Positions 10,978 through 24,244 of a DNA stretch of 64,000 nucleotides are shown one piece after another (position 1 is the first letter of the stretch; every line of letters starts with the position of its first letter). The position numbers and the translations under genes are program-made. Source of the stretch: Eledone cirrhosa (lineage: Eukaryota); assembly GCA_964016885.1 (NCBI GenBank), contig OZ024753.1:17980001-18044000 (forward strand), written 5' to 3'. The notes beneath the pieces are model-generated. The model was not told the origin of the DNA. It worked only from the letters and a program-made list of their open reading frames with translations, and did not search any database.

Positions 10978-13680
10978 TATAGAATTCACAAGAATCAAAG
11001 CTGTGTTCAAAGCATTTACTCACTTACAGGTGTTTCATCCAAAAAATATATACAACATACCATAAACCTAAAGAAAAACTAATTTACGTAGATACCAAGT
11101 CTAACCACCCTAGATCAATACTAAACTCTATCTCTAAAGGAATATCCAATAGTATCTCTAATCTATCTCATGCCGAAACCATATTTAGCAAAAACCCACA
11201 ATACTTAATCAGGCATTAGCTAGATCAGGCCATAATAATGAGATCGAATTCCTACCTATAAAAACACATAGTTGCAACATTATTTTTCACAATATGTCCA
11301 TGACGAAAAATAGTAATAAGAGTAATAACCACACATACACTAATACGAAGGGTAGCAACAAACGTAACCCACACCAGAGAAGACACCAAAATACCATAAA
11401 CGGAAACACCTCAACAGATATAAAAAACAAAAATAGAAGAACTAATACATTTTTCAACCCCCCTCTCAATCTAAACGTCTCTACCAACCTACCTAAGGCT
11501 TTCTTCTCACTCTTGGGTAAAAACTTCCACTCTGGCCACAAGTACCATAGTCTTATAAATAAAAGCACCATTAAAATCTCATACTCTACCACGCCTAACA
11601 TAACATACCACATAGCTAGTAGCAATAAAAGAAAGATTAATACTTACTTTCAACAAACTAAAACACAGCAGGGGGTAAACTTTCAAAACAACGTAATATC
11701 TGCAAACCCTGATATCAATAGTAATAATAGTAATAACACTAGTGAAAGCAATAACGCTAGGAGCGACTACCCCCCATAGCCATAATGCAATACCTAGCAA
11801 CCAGACTTCTACACAACATAATAACCGGCAGGTTAACATCCAAAATAATTGTAACTGTAGATCTAATAGAACCTGCCCTTTAGATAAAAATTGCTTAGTC
11901 AAGGACATCATCTACTCATGCACGGTCAGAACTAGCAACTCTTCTGAAACCTATATAGGGTTCTACTTCGAACTGCTTCAAAACCAGATACAATTCACAT
12001 CTCCATTCTTTCAAAAAACACAGTCTAGCCAACTCCACTTCACTATCTAGCTACATACACTATCTGAAAACTGAATGTTTGCGTCGTGCCAGCACCGCTT
12101 CCGGCACTCCTTCCAAAACTTTAAACCCAATATATAACAATGTCAGACTTGAACCCATCACCGCTTCTAACACCACACCTCAAGGGCATGCCTTACACCA
12201 CTGCACCACACTCTCTGATCCAACCTTCCCTCGACACAAATCATTCTATCTATCTATAAGTTTATACCCTAGAAATATCCTCATAAACACCAACTTTTAA
12301 TATAATTACTTTTAATTACTTATAATTATATAGTGATAGAAATATAATACAGTCTATATAAACTTTAAATACTAGATACGGCAGTGAATTATATATGTAT
12401 CTGTAATTAAATGTATGGAGTAATAACATTATATATATATAGGATTAATGTATTAACATAGGGATATGTCTAACTTATATGTAGGGTGGTGCAATGAATT
12501 ATGTATGAATTATATATGAATGTATAACTTGATGGATAGATTAATGACATTGTAAATGAGGGATCTATTTGTCTACCCAAGAGTTGTATTTGGTTTTGTC
12601 ATGCAAACAGCCATACGCTGCTCCATAACTTACCTGGGGTTATGTAGACAACATTCTAATAGGTCTTCTGATATGTTTCGAGAGTAGACTGTATTTACAG
12701 TGAACTTTGATATAAAGATATGGCACTTTGTATGGAAATTTCAATTATAGCACTATATAATAAAGAGTAATCAACTTCCTATAGATACCTTTAATACATC
12801 TATCGAGTGGACTGTATTCAAAATTGAAAATTAGATATAAATATATAACCTTTTATATAAGGGATTCAATTGAGGCACCATATAATGTATGTTAGAACAA
12901 TGAATTTAGTTTTGAGAATCAGCAAGTTATCTCCCCTTACGCATTAACTCCCCTTACCTACACACCTACTTCTGGGTAATAAACCACTGTAAATTATCGC
13001 AGCAGAAAGAAACTATTCTATAAATATGGATTAAATAACACTGAGCCTCAATACGCTACAATAATTTAATGCATCAAACATTCAATACGGAACATCGTAA
13101 CTTATGTGATGGATGTAAAAACGATAATTCCTTTTTCTGAATGTGAAAATGGTGGTGGATTCGAAAACTATAACTTTCTTTTTCTTTTTCTTTCTCTTTT
13201 TCTGCACACATACTTTTTTGATCTATACAAAAAATACCCTACCACTACAACCACCATAATACTCTTGCTTGCCCGCTTAAAATGCTTGCATTACATGTAA
13301 CACCTTGCCACACAATAATCGTATATAAATGAGACACACTTGCATGCTCCATGTGTAACTAATGCATACACTACCCACAAGATCTGACTATCAAACTATC
13401 CTCTTGCATTATCTGTGTTATCTGCCGAATGTATTTTAATTTTAATTTTGATTTTGATTTTGAATTTGAATTGCTGTACAAATATAGTATAGTATAATAT
13501 TGGTCACTCCACTGTACATCAATATATATATGTATCTGTATGTCTCTTGCGTTGGATAGGAGGTCAATTATATGTACAAGCATTGAAAAAAGCTCCGGAG
13601 ACACCAAGCCTAGGTTTGGATGAAACAATTGTAAGTGAATAAATGATTTGAACACAGCTTTGATTCTTGTGAATTCTATA
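10978..13680 (+). mobile_element. 5'-truncated PLE (Naiad-like) with short inverted termini
   Basis: RT thumb YHKP..IYVDTKSNHPRSIL near 11060-11130, FFNPPLNLNVSTN, GIY-YIG CNCRSNRTCPLDKNCLVKDIIYSC..TYIG; 10978-11011 is the reverse complement of 13647-13680. Confidence 0.85.
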
Positions 13681-14057
13681 TGTATATATATATGTATATA
13701 TATATATATATATATTTAGTTAGAGAAGCAAAAAATTGCTTATTGTGATCCAGTTCTTGGTTAAGAAAGCCAGTTCCATCGATGGTTTCAACGTACGGCT
13801 AGGGGTAACTCCACAAGTTTGTAAGAATTCCGTTCAATCTTGGAGTATAAAGTATAATTGAGAGGCTGCTATTTGCATTATAGCAATATAAGGTTGCACT
13901 TACCAATGAAACGGTCGTAAATACCTGGATAAAATCCTTCTCTTAATGCTTACCTGTGTTTTCTCTTTTATACTATATATATATGTATATATATATGTGT
14001 ATAACGGCGATGAATTAGTTTTGCGAGGTTTTTTATATGAAATCGTGTGTCGAAACA

Positions 14058-16355
14058 AATATTGTTATACTTGGGGAGTGTAATATTTGGGTAACATTGC
14101 CACAATTAATAACAGAACACACTCACTGTTTGGTTGGTTTTCGCTTCTGTGTCTTTTATATCGGTTAATTTAATTTATTCGGTCCTCAATGTTGCCATTG
14201 ATTGACCAACGGTCAAAAATACAGATACAATATAGACACAAACATATAGAAAAATGTGTCGAGATGATCATTGAGAGTGAAGTGGAGTTCTGCGACGTCG
14301 ACATAGACGAACTGGGCCTCCTACTTAGACTTACCTACGACACTGACTACCTAGACAGCCATGACCTTAGACGTTTCTGTCCCAGTAGACCCATAAGGGT
14401 TAGACCCCCACCATAACCTCAATGGCTAAAACGACTCCCATGGGAAGGTGGATTCGGTGGACCAAAGCTATACGGACACCCCAAAACAATGATCATGTAA
14501 GAAAAATGGTTGCACATGCAATAGGGGCTAGTATCAAAACTACCCTAAAGAGCCACATATTCAAGTTTAACGAGAAGATCTACACCCAAAATGAGGGAGC
14601 AGCGATTGGCGTAAGCATAGCTGGTGACGTTGCCAAACTTTTTATGGTATGGTGGGAAAGGAGACTTAAAGATCTCCTTAATGAGAGCTCCATAGACCTC
14701 ATCATGTACTCTCGTTACGTAGACGATATCAATATGGTTATAAGAACATCCCCACAAGAGAGCACTAACAAGTTTGATTTAGAACGTAGCACAATAGAAA
14801 GCATCCAGCAGATAGCTAATTCCATACACCAGAGTATAACTGTAACTATCGACTACCCTTCCAAACACCCTAACAATAGACTACCTGTATTAAACGCGGA
14901 ACTCTGGATTAACACTATAAACGAGAGAGCCCAAATTCTCCACTCATACTATGCTAAACCCATGGCCTCCAAATACCTGATACTCAAAAACTCAGCAATG
15001 TCCAGTAGTGCTAAGTTTATTATTCTGATCGCAGACTTGGTACGAGTGATGAAGAACGTGTTCCGCATGTGAGACCCAACAGAAATGGAAAGACACATCC
15101 AACACTTCATCAACCGCATGCAGTTCTCTGGCCACAACCAAAGGGACATAATCAGAGTATACGAAGGAGCCACGCAGAAGTATAAGACCCTCATAGAACT
15201 GGACATGAAAGGAATTTGCCCATTATACAGGAGCAAATCATGGAATAGCTTAGATAGGGCTAGACATGAGATAGGGAAAGCCACCTCATGGAACGACAAC
15301 CAGAGATACCAGAGTGTCATGTTTGTGGACGCTACCCCTGGAGGGAAATTAGCTAACCAGTGTAGACAGGCCCTGAGAAAGACCCACTTAAAGATTAAGG
15401 TGGTATAAAAGCCAGGAACCACCATAAAATCCCTGATCAGCAAAACCTACCTTTTTTTAAGAAAACCCACTGTACTAATAGGAAATGTATCATATGTAAG
15501 GTAAACCCATGGGTAAACTGTAAAACTAGAAACGTAGTCTATAGCATAAGATGTACAGAGGGTACTTGCAGAAACATGACAACAACATACATAGCGAGAC
15601 AGCGCGTAGCATAGGTGAAAGGATAGACCAACACTGGGGGAAGCTAAAAGGACGAAAAAACGGTTCAGTACTATACGAACATGCCAGACAACAACACGAG
15701 GGTAACATAGACATCATAGAAATTAGAATAATATCTAAACATAGAAATGACCCAGCAGATAGGCAAATCAGAGAGGCCAATGAAATAGAAAAAATGAATG
15801 GAATATCAACAACACCCAAAAAAATAACACTGACCTAAGAGAAGTATAAATAAATAAATAAATATATAAATAAATAAATAAATACATACACAATAACAAC
15901 AAACACATCTAAACACATACTAGTAAAGATAGAATACATTAACCAATACACAGTCACCCAATCACGACACACATCAAACAAAACACTATACACACACGCA
16001 AACGCATGCGCAAAGAAGACAAAATAAAATAAACAAATAAATAAATATATAAACAGACTAAATAAAGATGGCGTAGAAAATACAATAGGGAGGAAAAAGA
16101 TAGCACCACTCACGATGTTGCAGATGTGCAACGAAAGAACTTTGATAAACTATATATATATATGTGTTTGTGTCTATATTGTATCTATATTTTTGACCGT
16201 TGGTCAGTCAGTGGCAACATTGAAGACCGAATAAATTAAATTACCGATATAAAAGACACAGAAGCGAAAGCGAAAACCAACCAAACAGTGAGTGTGTTCT
16301 GTTATTAATTCTGGCAATATTACACAAATATGACCCTCCCCAAGTATAACAATAT
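14058..16355 (+). mobile_element. PLE with ~190-bp inverted pLTRs
   Basis: 14058-14248 vs 16163-16355 inverted; RT QNEGAAIGVSIAG..YSRYVDDI (14422-15072); GIY-YIG remnant RNVVYSIRC..ETARSIGERIDQH (15530-15838). Confidence 0.9.
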
Positions 16356-16368
16356 ATATGTATATATA

Positions 16369-16456
<88 letters not shown>

Positions 16457-16750
16457 TATATACATATATATATTCGGCCATGACTAAATTATAACCATCA
16501 ACATAGTCAAGGTGTGTCAGGCATCAACTTATTTTATCTGATGGTAACGCACTGTTGAAATAGCTCAGTACCTCTGAAATATGTATAATAAAATATATTT
16601 GATCACAGGAATGTCTATATTTATTAATATTTTGAAGTATGTATGTATATATATATATATATAAATATATTTATCCCAGGTTAAATCGGGCGTAACCGCA
16701 GTAAGTAACGTACTCAATAGAAACCAGAGTATAAATATTTAAAATAGAAA

Positions 16751-16801
16751 GGGTTCTACAGGACTAGAACTGTTTCATTCGGGAGAAATCATCAGGAAGC
16801 C
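16751..16801 (-). ncRNA. Type I HHR with intact core
   Basis: GGCUUC-CUGAUGA-U UUC UCCC GAA U-GAAA-CAG..CUG-UA-GAACCC; mutated mirror copy at 16820-16872 (+); truncated copy at ~28338-28378. Confidence 0.75.
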
Positions 16802-16873
16802 AGAAAATCAGAAATCATCAGGCTTCCTGATGATTTCTCCCGAATGAGATAGTTCTAGTCATGTAGAAGCCTT

Positions 16874-16950
<77 letters not shown>

Positions 16951-17157
16951 TAGAAAATAGAAGCTTTCACCGTATTTTTGGACTAAAGAAATTTTAACCT
17001 GATAGTGGGGTTTAGAACCGTCAGGAAATGGAAAAAGATGAGTATTGACGTATTCATTAGTTAAGCAAAACAAGACCACAAATTTCACAAGGAAGACATT
17101 ATTAAAATATTGTCAACAGAGTTTTAGTTTAATGTAAGGAATGTAGAGAATAATAAT

Positions 17158-17270
17158 AATAATTGTTTCTACTTTAGGCACAAGGCCAGCAATTACTCAG
17201 TGCATTACTGGTACTTTATTTTATCGACCCGTAAGGATGAAAAGCAAAGTCAACCTCGGTGGGATTTGAG
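17158..17270 (-). mobile_element. tRNA-derived SINE, 3' part (second partial copy at ~17670-17772)
   Basis: TTGTTTCTACTTTAGGCACAAGGCCAGC..GGTACTTTATTTTATCGACCC family sequence. Confidence 0.85.
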
Positions 17271-17447
17271 TATAATAATAATAATAATATTAATAATGTC
17301 CGTTTACAATGTGTGTGTATGTATGTATGTGTGTTTGTGTGTGTTTATCTACATGTATAAACAAATATATATATATATATATATATTCATTTATTCATGT
17401 AGATACACACACACATTCACACACACACATACACACACAAACACACG

Positions 17448-17514
<67 letters not shown>

Positions 17515-19182
17515 ATTTATAACTCTAATATATCTATTTTCACAGCTATAGAAATCAACGACAGGGTGCATGTCAATAAGATACTAGCTCAAAAAGCCAT
17601 TGGTCAATATAACAAAACACTTTCAACCAATGACGAACCACACCCACCCGAAATACCCAAGTAAACAGTAATTGTTTCTACTTTTGGCACAAGGCCAGCA
17701 ATTATCTCAGTGTATTACTGGTACTTTATTTTATCGACCCCCGTAAGGATAAAATGCAAAGTTAACCTCGGCAAAGTTACCCAAGTAAACAATAATGACC
17801 TGTAATTGTTATTATAAAATCTCTATATACACATACTTATTGCTTTTCTTTGTCTTGTATGTCAACTCTTTTTCCCATCAACACTCCAACACTTCTTATA
17901 AGGTACTGACCTAATACAAGTCAGTATTCTGTTTTGCTAACATAGGCCTTCAGACAAAAAAGAAATGAAATGATGCAGGAGATATTTTGACTGATTTTAT
18001 AGATTTTCAGACCACTGAATCCAAAAATAATACTAATTGCTCACCGTTAGCTTTAATTTTCTTGCATATGTACACCCCTTATTCTAAGAAAATTGCCGTA
18101 TTCAAGTATCTCTTGTTCAATAGGAGTAAGAATTCCAATTAGACTTAAAATATGAAATTCTTTTCACAAGGAGGAAATAAGAAGCACACCTTCAGTATAA
18201 TTTAACAAGTATTTCGTTTCCATAGCATCAGACTACAATGAGTCACAGGAAGGAAAATCTATGATTTTAGGAAAAATAGGCATATTCAGTAGATGGAAAA
18301 TGTGAACTGACCAAGACAAATGAATGTTATTTTAAGATTCAGCACCACAAATCTAATAAAAAACTGCTCAAATAGTCTTTACACCAAAATATATGTTGAC
18401 TTATGTAATTTGATGTGTTGGGAGTAAAATTTGTGTACCACAATTGAATTCGATTTTTCCCATATATGATTGGTATTGAGGATTTGTAGGTGAGTTTCCA
18501 CACATGTTAATGGAACGTAAGAAAATGTTTGAAATGAATTCTCTTGTACAGAGAAATGTGAATCTGTGTAAATCTTTATCTAATTGCAATTACTCCATGG
18601 GTTACTGATTACGGAAACTTGTAAGCATCACCCTACGATCGACCTCCTGCAGTAACTCATATATTGAATAAAAAAACATTGTATGCCCAGAGAGTCCGCG
18701 ATCCGCGTTACTCTAACTCTTATACACGAGTAACAGAAAACGATTAATAGTATACATATATATATGAATGTAACTACTCCAAATTCTTAACTTGTTGAGC
18801 TGCTCTCAATGCAACTAGTAATTTGATCCGCTTTCTAGCGAATATAACGTCCAGTCCCTTTTATATCTGCCGCCTCAGTTAAAACGTTCTCACACCATTT
18901 TGTCTCCCTTTCCCGCTCTCTCTCTATATATATGCACACACACACATACACACACACACACATACACACATACACACACACCACACACACACAGACACAC
19001 ACACACATATATATATATATATGCACACACACACACGCACATATATTATATATAAATCCAACCGAGGTTAACTTTGCCTTTCATCATTACGGGGTTGATA
19101 AAATAAAGTACCAGTAATGTACTGGTTAATTGCTGACCTTGTACCAGAAGTTGAAACAATTATATATGTAAATATCTTTAAG

Positions 19183-20095
19183 TCGTTTGGAAGACTCGAC
19201 AATGCAAATGGGTAAATCTCCGTGTACCAACGAGTTTTGAAGGTGTTTGCAGTGCTGCCTATATAGTGCCAGGTTACGCAATAAATCACCCCCAACACCG
19301 TTACGTAACGACTCTCGCCGACAAAATTTGGCACTTAAAAGGGAGTAACCGACAATACACCCTTAAATGGACCAAACTCTCACATGCTCCTCCATACCGG
19401 AGTGGGATGAAAACGTGCCCGTTAGTAAATAATGAACTCTTCCATATCCTAAGCTCAGGCCGCCAACTACTCAACAACAAAATTGAAAGGTCAATCTTTT
19501 GCCAGCATAAACTAAAAGCGAAGTTCTCACACTTCAAACCTTCAACTAAATCTTAACACTACCTCTCTTCCTTTTCTACCCTAAATAACAATTCTACACT
19601 CCTAAAAATAGACTATATATGAAATTTAATACTTTCTTCCTTCATCTATTCTCTGGTAAAACTTTCGCCTGTTCACTACCAACTGCCACTTAAAATTCTA
19701 TCTTCCTTCTCTCTCCCTCTACTCATCACAACTTTTAGCACACAACCTTCCTCCCCCTCCCTTCTTGTAACTTAACTATATTCTATACAAATCCTCTCAA
19801 ACCACCCTATCTCATTCTCTTTCTCTCCCTACCTGCGTACCTTTTCTTTCTCTCTCCCCATCTCTTTTGCCCCACTCTCTCTCTGTTCCTCTATCTTACA
19901 CTACTACCCCTTATTTCATTTCCTAAGGTCATTTCAACTTTGTATTTTGAAAATTCGGATGCCACAGTATCTTTCTTGATTGCCTATTATTACATGGTGT
20001 AGCAATAATGGACTGAAATTCTGATGAAACAATTGTTAATACGTGGATTAAATTCTTTTGTAACTGTTTACCTACGTCCTATTTCTCTTTTTTGA
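19183..20095 (+). mobile_element. PLE (Naiad-like) GIY-YIG 3' fragment with 5' inversion
   Basis: - strand YIGSTANTFKTRWY (19183-19265) joined to + strand TTLADKIWHLK..YTLKW..TCPL..LLNNKIE..CQHK (19266-19556); pyrimidine-rich 3' UTR. Confidence 0.8.
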
Positions 20096-20256
20096 TATAT
20101 ATATATTTATATATATATAAATGAAAGTTAGAGTTAATAACTCATTCTGAAACCCTGTAATTAACAAGCTCAAAGTGTAAATACTGAGCATTATAATAAT
20201 ATATGTAGTAAGAAACACAGTAAATCGTGCGTCTAATATTACGAGGGTTGATGATG

Positions 20257-20332
20257 CTCGCTGATGATGCCCGTGGATTATCTGTTACAAACACACTCAG
20301 GGCGAAACAGATTAATCCCTAATCTGTTCGAG
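20257..20332 (+). ncRNA. Type I HHR with canonical core and full stem III
   Basis: CUCG-CUGAUGA-U-GCCC..GGGC-GAAA-CAGAUUA AUCCC UAAUCUG-UU-CGAG. Confidence 0.85.
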
Positions 20333-20498
20333 AGATATAATAGTTATTGAGGCGGTTTACTCTTTTACTCTTTTACCTGTTTCAGCCATCTGTCTGCTTC
20401 ATGTTTAAATATTTCAAACATATGTGGTTCTTCAACCCTCGTAATATTAGACGCACGATTTACTGTCTTTCTTACTACATATATTATTATAATGCTCA

Positions 20499-20848
20499 TC
20501 TGCGGATGAAATGGCTGACTAGGGAAAGGGCCTGGGACTCATCTCGGCTGAAGATGCGGCGGATCCTGAGGAGTTGGGAGTAGGGAATAGAGTGTTTAGT
20601 GTGTGTAGGGTGGGAGGAGGTGAAGTCGAGGTAGGAGTGGGAGTCGGTGGGTTTGAAGTAGGCGGAGGTGACGCGGGAGTGGTGGGAGGGGTCGATGGCG
20701 ACGGTGATGTCTAAGAAGTGGACGTGGGTGGTGGAGATAAAGGTGGGTAAGTGGAGGGAGTGGTGGAATGAGCAGAAGAAGGAGAGAAAGGAGTCGAGCT
20801 GTTCTCAGGTGAGGGTCGTGGCTCCGATACAGTCGTCGATGAAACGAG
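20499..20848 (-). mobile_element. PLE RT fragment
   Basis: Manual translation RFIDDCIGA..HFLDITV..YFKPTDSHSYLDFTSSHPTHTKHSIPYSQLLRIRRI. Confidence 0.85.
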
Positions 20849-20874
20849 AAAAATAAAAAGTGAAAAAAAAATAT

Positions 20875-21059
20875 TTTTCTTCCTAATAATCTCAGAATTG
20901 GCACATATTGGGTAGGGGACCCCTGGGGGCAGGAACCCCCTTTTGAAAAAAGCCGATGGTTTTGTAAAAGTATAGTTTTAGAAGCAGCACTGAAGTATTG
21001 ACATAAATGGTATACACAACTGCTATTTAATATCCAAGCAACGCCGGGTACCTCTGCTA

Positions 21060-21060
<1 letters not shown>
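20875..21060 (+). mobile_element. Non-autonomous Helitron 3' end
   Basis: ATCCAAGCAACGCCGGGTACCTCTGCTAG followed by T: subterminal imperfect hairpin plus CTAG terminus; left boundary uncertain. Confidence 0.7.
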
Positions 21061-21107
<47 letters not shown>

Positions 21108-21244
21108 GAAAACAGGGAGAAAAAGACCATTATTAGGAAGAAAAATATATTTCTTCCCTTTTTATTTATTTCTCTCTTTTTTCTTTATATATATATATAT
21201 TTATATTAAATATATATTGAATCTTGTTTAACTCTTTAATATAT

Positions 21245-21720
21245 ATAAGCTTCAACAAAAGCGAAACAAGGCCCTTGTCGGCTCATCTCCCCTGTTTGCT
21301 GAGATTAAAGTAAGTGAATTTGTCACTACTCTAAAACAATAGCATACGGTCTTCAAAATGCTTTTAATTAAGCATAAAGTGTATTGCAAAATACATTATA
21401 TATACATCCATATATATATTGCTATTTCAGAGCTCCAATTCTAATTTTTAATTTCTGCCTGACCAACAATCGCTCTGTATAATCAGCTCCTGATTATTTA
21501 CTAGAATTCTATAAGAATATAACATCAGTAATCTCAGTAGATAGGAGGGGTAGCTAGCCTTGATAAGCTTCAACAAAAGCGAAACAAGGCCCTTGTCGGC
21601 TTATCTCCCCTGTTTGCTGAGATTAAAGTAAGTGAATTTGTCACTACTCTAAAACAATAGCATACGGTCTTCAAAATGCTTTTAATTAAGCATAAAGTGT
21701 ATTGCAAAATACATTATATA
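21245..21720 (+). repeat. 318-bp-period direct repeat (1.5 units) carrying an HHR; retrozyme-like
   Basis: 21245-21402 nearly identical to 21563-21720; (TA)n on both sides. Confidence 0.9.
21556..21601 (+). ncRNA. Type I HHR with U3-A8 core
   Basis: AGCC-UUGAUAA-GCUU..AAGC-GAAA-CAAG GCC CUUG-UC-GGCU. Confidence 0.85.
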
Positions 21721-21757
21721 TATATATATATATGGAGAGAGAGACGAGAGAGAGATT

Positions 21758-21942
21758 AATAATTGTTTCTACTTTAGGCACAAGGCCAGCAATTAACCAG
21801 TACATTACTGGTACTTTATTTTATTGACCCCGTAAGGATGAAAGGCAAAGTTAACCTCGGCGGGATTTGAACTCAGACTGTAAAGGGACGTAACTATGCT
21901 AGAAATCATGGCGTCCAACCCTCTACCGATACTGCCAATTCA
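21758..21942 (-). mobile_element. tRNA-derived SINE, full length
   Basis: A-box-like TGGCAGTATCGG, B-box GAGTTCAAATCC, body CCTTTCATCCTTACGGGGTC..AAAATAAAGTACCAG, ATT-rich tail. Confidence 0.9.
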
Positions 21943-23176
21943 ATAACACAAAAACAGACGTTTCCTATATGTGACAGATGCTCAGGTACAAATAAAACAT
22001 ATACTACTTTTATATAATTACCAGGATTTGTTTTAGCACAAAATCATTGGAGTTGTCTAGCCTAGCCAATTCATTGTAAACAAGTTTCTGATAAATTTTG
22101 TTCTGATAAATTTTGATGAAAAAAAAAACAAAAAAACTTAGTGATTCATTAATTCTCTTGTGAGTTTAGAAATCAATTACCATAATTAAAACTAATTAGG
22201 TAGTGATGTATTTGAATATAACTTTGCACGTCTGTAGCGTAGTCATTCTTATTTTATCGTCTCGTGTCATTTTGTGTTATTTTCTGTTTCAATTATACGT
22301 AACTTTTAAAGTACCCATGATCTTATTTGAATTACTGCAACACATTGGCTAGCTCATAACAACTCAGTTTTCAACGAAATTTGCTTCAGTTGTTTACACA
22401 TTTAATTTCATTTAACCGCGAAAAGCAAATGTTTTTAGGCATATATTTTCATTCAACTGCGAAAACAATAGGAATTTCAGTATTATATATGTTCATAAGT
22501 ACATAAATATTATTGAGCCAGACAGGTCGGCGCGTGTTGTTGGACTTACGATCATAAAGTCGTGTTCAATTACTAAACGGGTTAAAATGTTTCCAAATTG
22601 CCCTGTCAATTCTTTCCTTTACAATCAGTTGTAAGTACACTTATAAAAGTACACTTAAAAAAGCACCATGGCAAATTTGATTAACCTCTTGCTAACAATT
22701 AAATATTTCTAGAAAAATATCACATGATCCACATGACAGGTGCAATGTGTCCGAACACTGAAGAACCGAACTCCCAGTGTCATCGCCTCCATCTCTTTCG
22801 CCCTCCCCATATCTCTGTATTGTGAGAAAATGAGGTCGCACTAGCTGGCCGCCCCACAGCACCGATAGACAGAATGAAGAAGGCGTTTCCCCGGAGGATG
22901 GTAAGGGAGGTGCGGAAATTATAACTAAATCAATGTCTCAATTCTCCCTACTCTTGCTACAAGAATGTTTTCAGCACACTGCTAAAAATCGAGAGAGTTC
23001 TAATGCCAGATAAATATTTGACTATCTTGTATTTCTAAGTTGAACACTTCCTGCTTGGTTACAAATTATGTAAATTTTTCGCAGCATACAGATATATCTG
23101 TTTAATACGAAATAACAACATTTTTTAAATGGATAAAATAATTATTTTTGAATTTTAATATTGTGTTCTAATTAAA

Positions 23177-23398
23177 GGCGGTTCATTTGCAGTATTGGTA
23201 GAGGGTCGGAGGCCATGGTTTATGCCATAGAGTTACGCACACTATCGTTCTCAGTTCAAATCCTGCTGAGGCTAGCTTTGCCTTTCATCCTTACGGGCTC
23301 AATAACATAAAGTACCAGTAACGTACTGGGATCGATTTAATCGATTTTTACCTTCCCCGAAATTGTTGGCCTTTTGCCTAAATCAGAAACCAATATTG
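23177..23398 (+). mobile_element. tRNA-derived SINE, long variant
   Basis: Same family with internal GATCGATTTAATCGAT segment. Confidence 0.85.
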
Positions 23399-23774
23399 TG
23401 TTCTAATCAATGCGGTCGTTATCTAGACTTCAGGCGTACTTGGAACCTGTACCGCCGACGTCTTTCGGAAAATCGGAAAGTGAGCGACCCATTTGTGAAA
23501 AATGCCCCGTGTGGTGGGGTGGCTGTTGCAGCGGCTGTCACTGGCATTGTACGCGGGAATGCTTTTGCGGTTTTGTCCTCTGGGCGCAGCCCCATTACCA
23601 CCGCGCCCTAGCCAATCAGCCGAGCCAATCACCCTCCTCATTCTTTGTCACACTAAAGCCCTTGCTTTTCCCTCTTTTTACGGGTTTTTATATTTTCTTA
23701 TTATACATTCCATTCGTTCTTCTCAGTCTATTTTTTTCTTTTTCTATTAAATTGTTTTTTACTATTATAAACAT

Positions 23775-23950
23775 TGATTTGCTTTCTTTTAGGTGGACTT
23801 TGTATGAATTCTATCCTTCCAAATGGTGCTGAGTGTATTCAGGACTGTTCTTGCTAGTGTTGCCCTTATTTCCCCCACTTCCCTCTGCTGTCTGCTCTAG
23901 TATTGAACCAATGTATTTGAACTTCTCGACTTGTTCAAGCCTAGCACCTT
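23775..23950 (-). mobile_element. RTE LINE fragment
   Basis: GARLEQVEKFKYIGSIL post-RT motif. Confidence 0.65.
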
Positions 23951-24244
23951 GATTAGAATTAAACTGGGGTTAAACAACAAACAGAGCCATCACATACACG
24001 CATCTCTGTTTCATATCTGTAATATCGATTTCTAATGTTCTCATAAAATGTTAAGCAATGATTACTGCCAATACTATCGAGCACAATAGTAGATTGTTAC
24101 TTACTTATCAACTCCAGAAAGATAAGGAGAATTACCTCTGATGGAAGTTGAACTCAGAACATCAAGCGAAGTATCTAGAATAAACTAACACAATTATATT
24201 TACACAAATATACTATATGATTTGTGTTAGTCATCCCAACTCTT

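Noticed and set aside
17960-18410. DNA transposon end (Chapaev-like from recall)
   Set aside because: Only one possible terminus and no transposase motif could be confirmed
11840-19556. Selenocysteine-type Naiad coding
   Set aside because: Cys codons seen in the GIY-YIG motifs are TGT or TGC; no in-frame TGA at those positions and no SECIS recognised
20028-20050. Stem II-less HHR ATT-CTGATGAAACAATTGTT-AAT
   Set aside because: Homologous 3' halves at 28130 and 36743 lack CTGATGA here, so it is more likely the 3' half of a larger decayed motif
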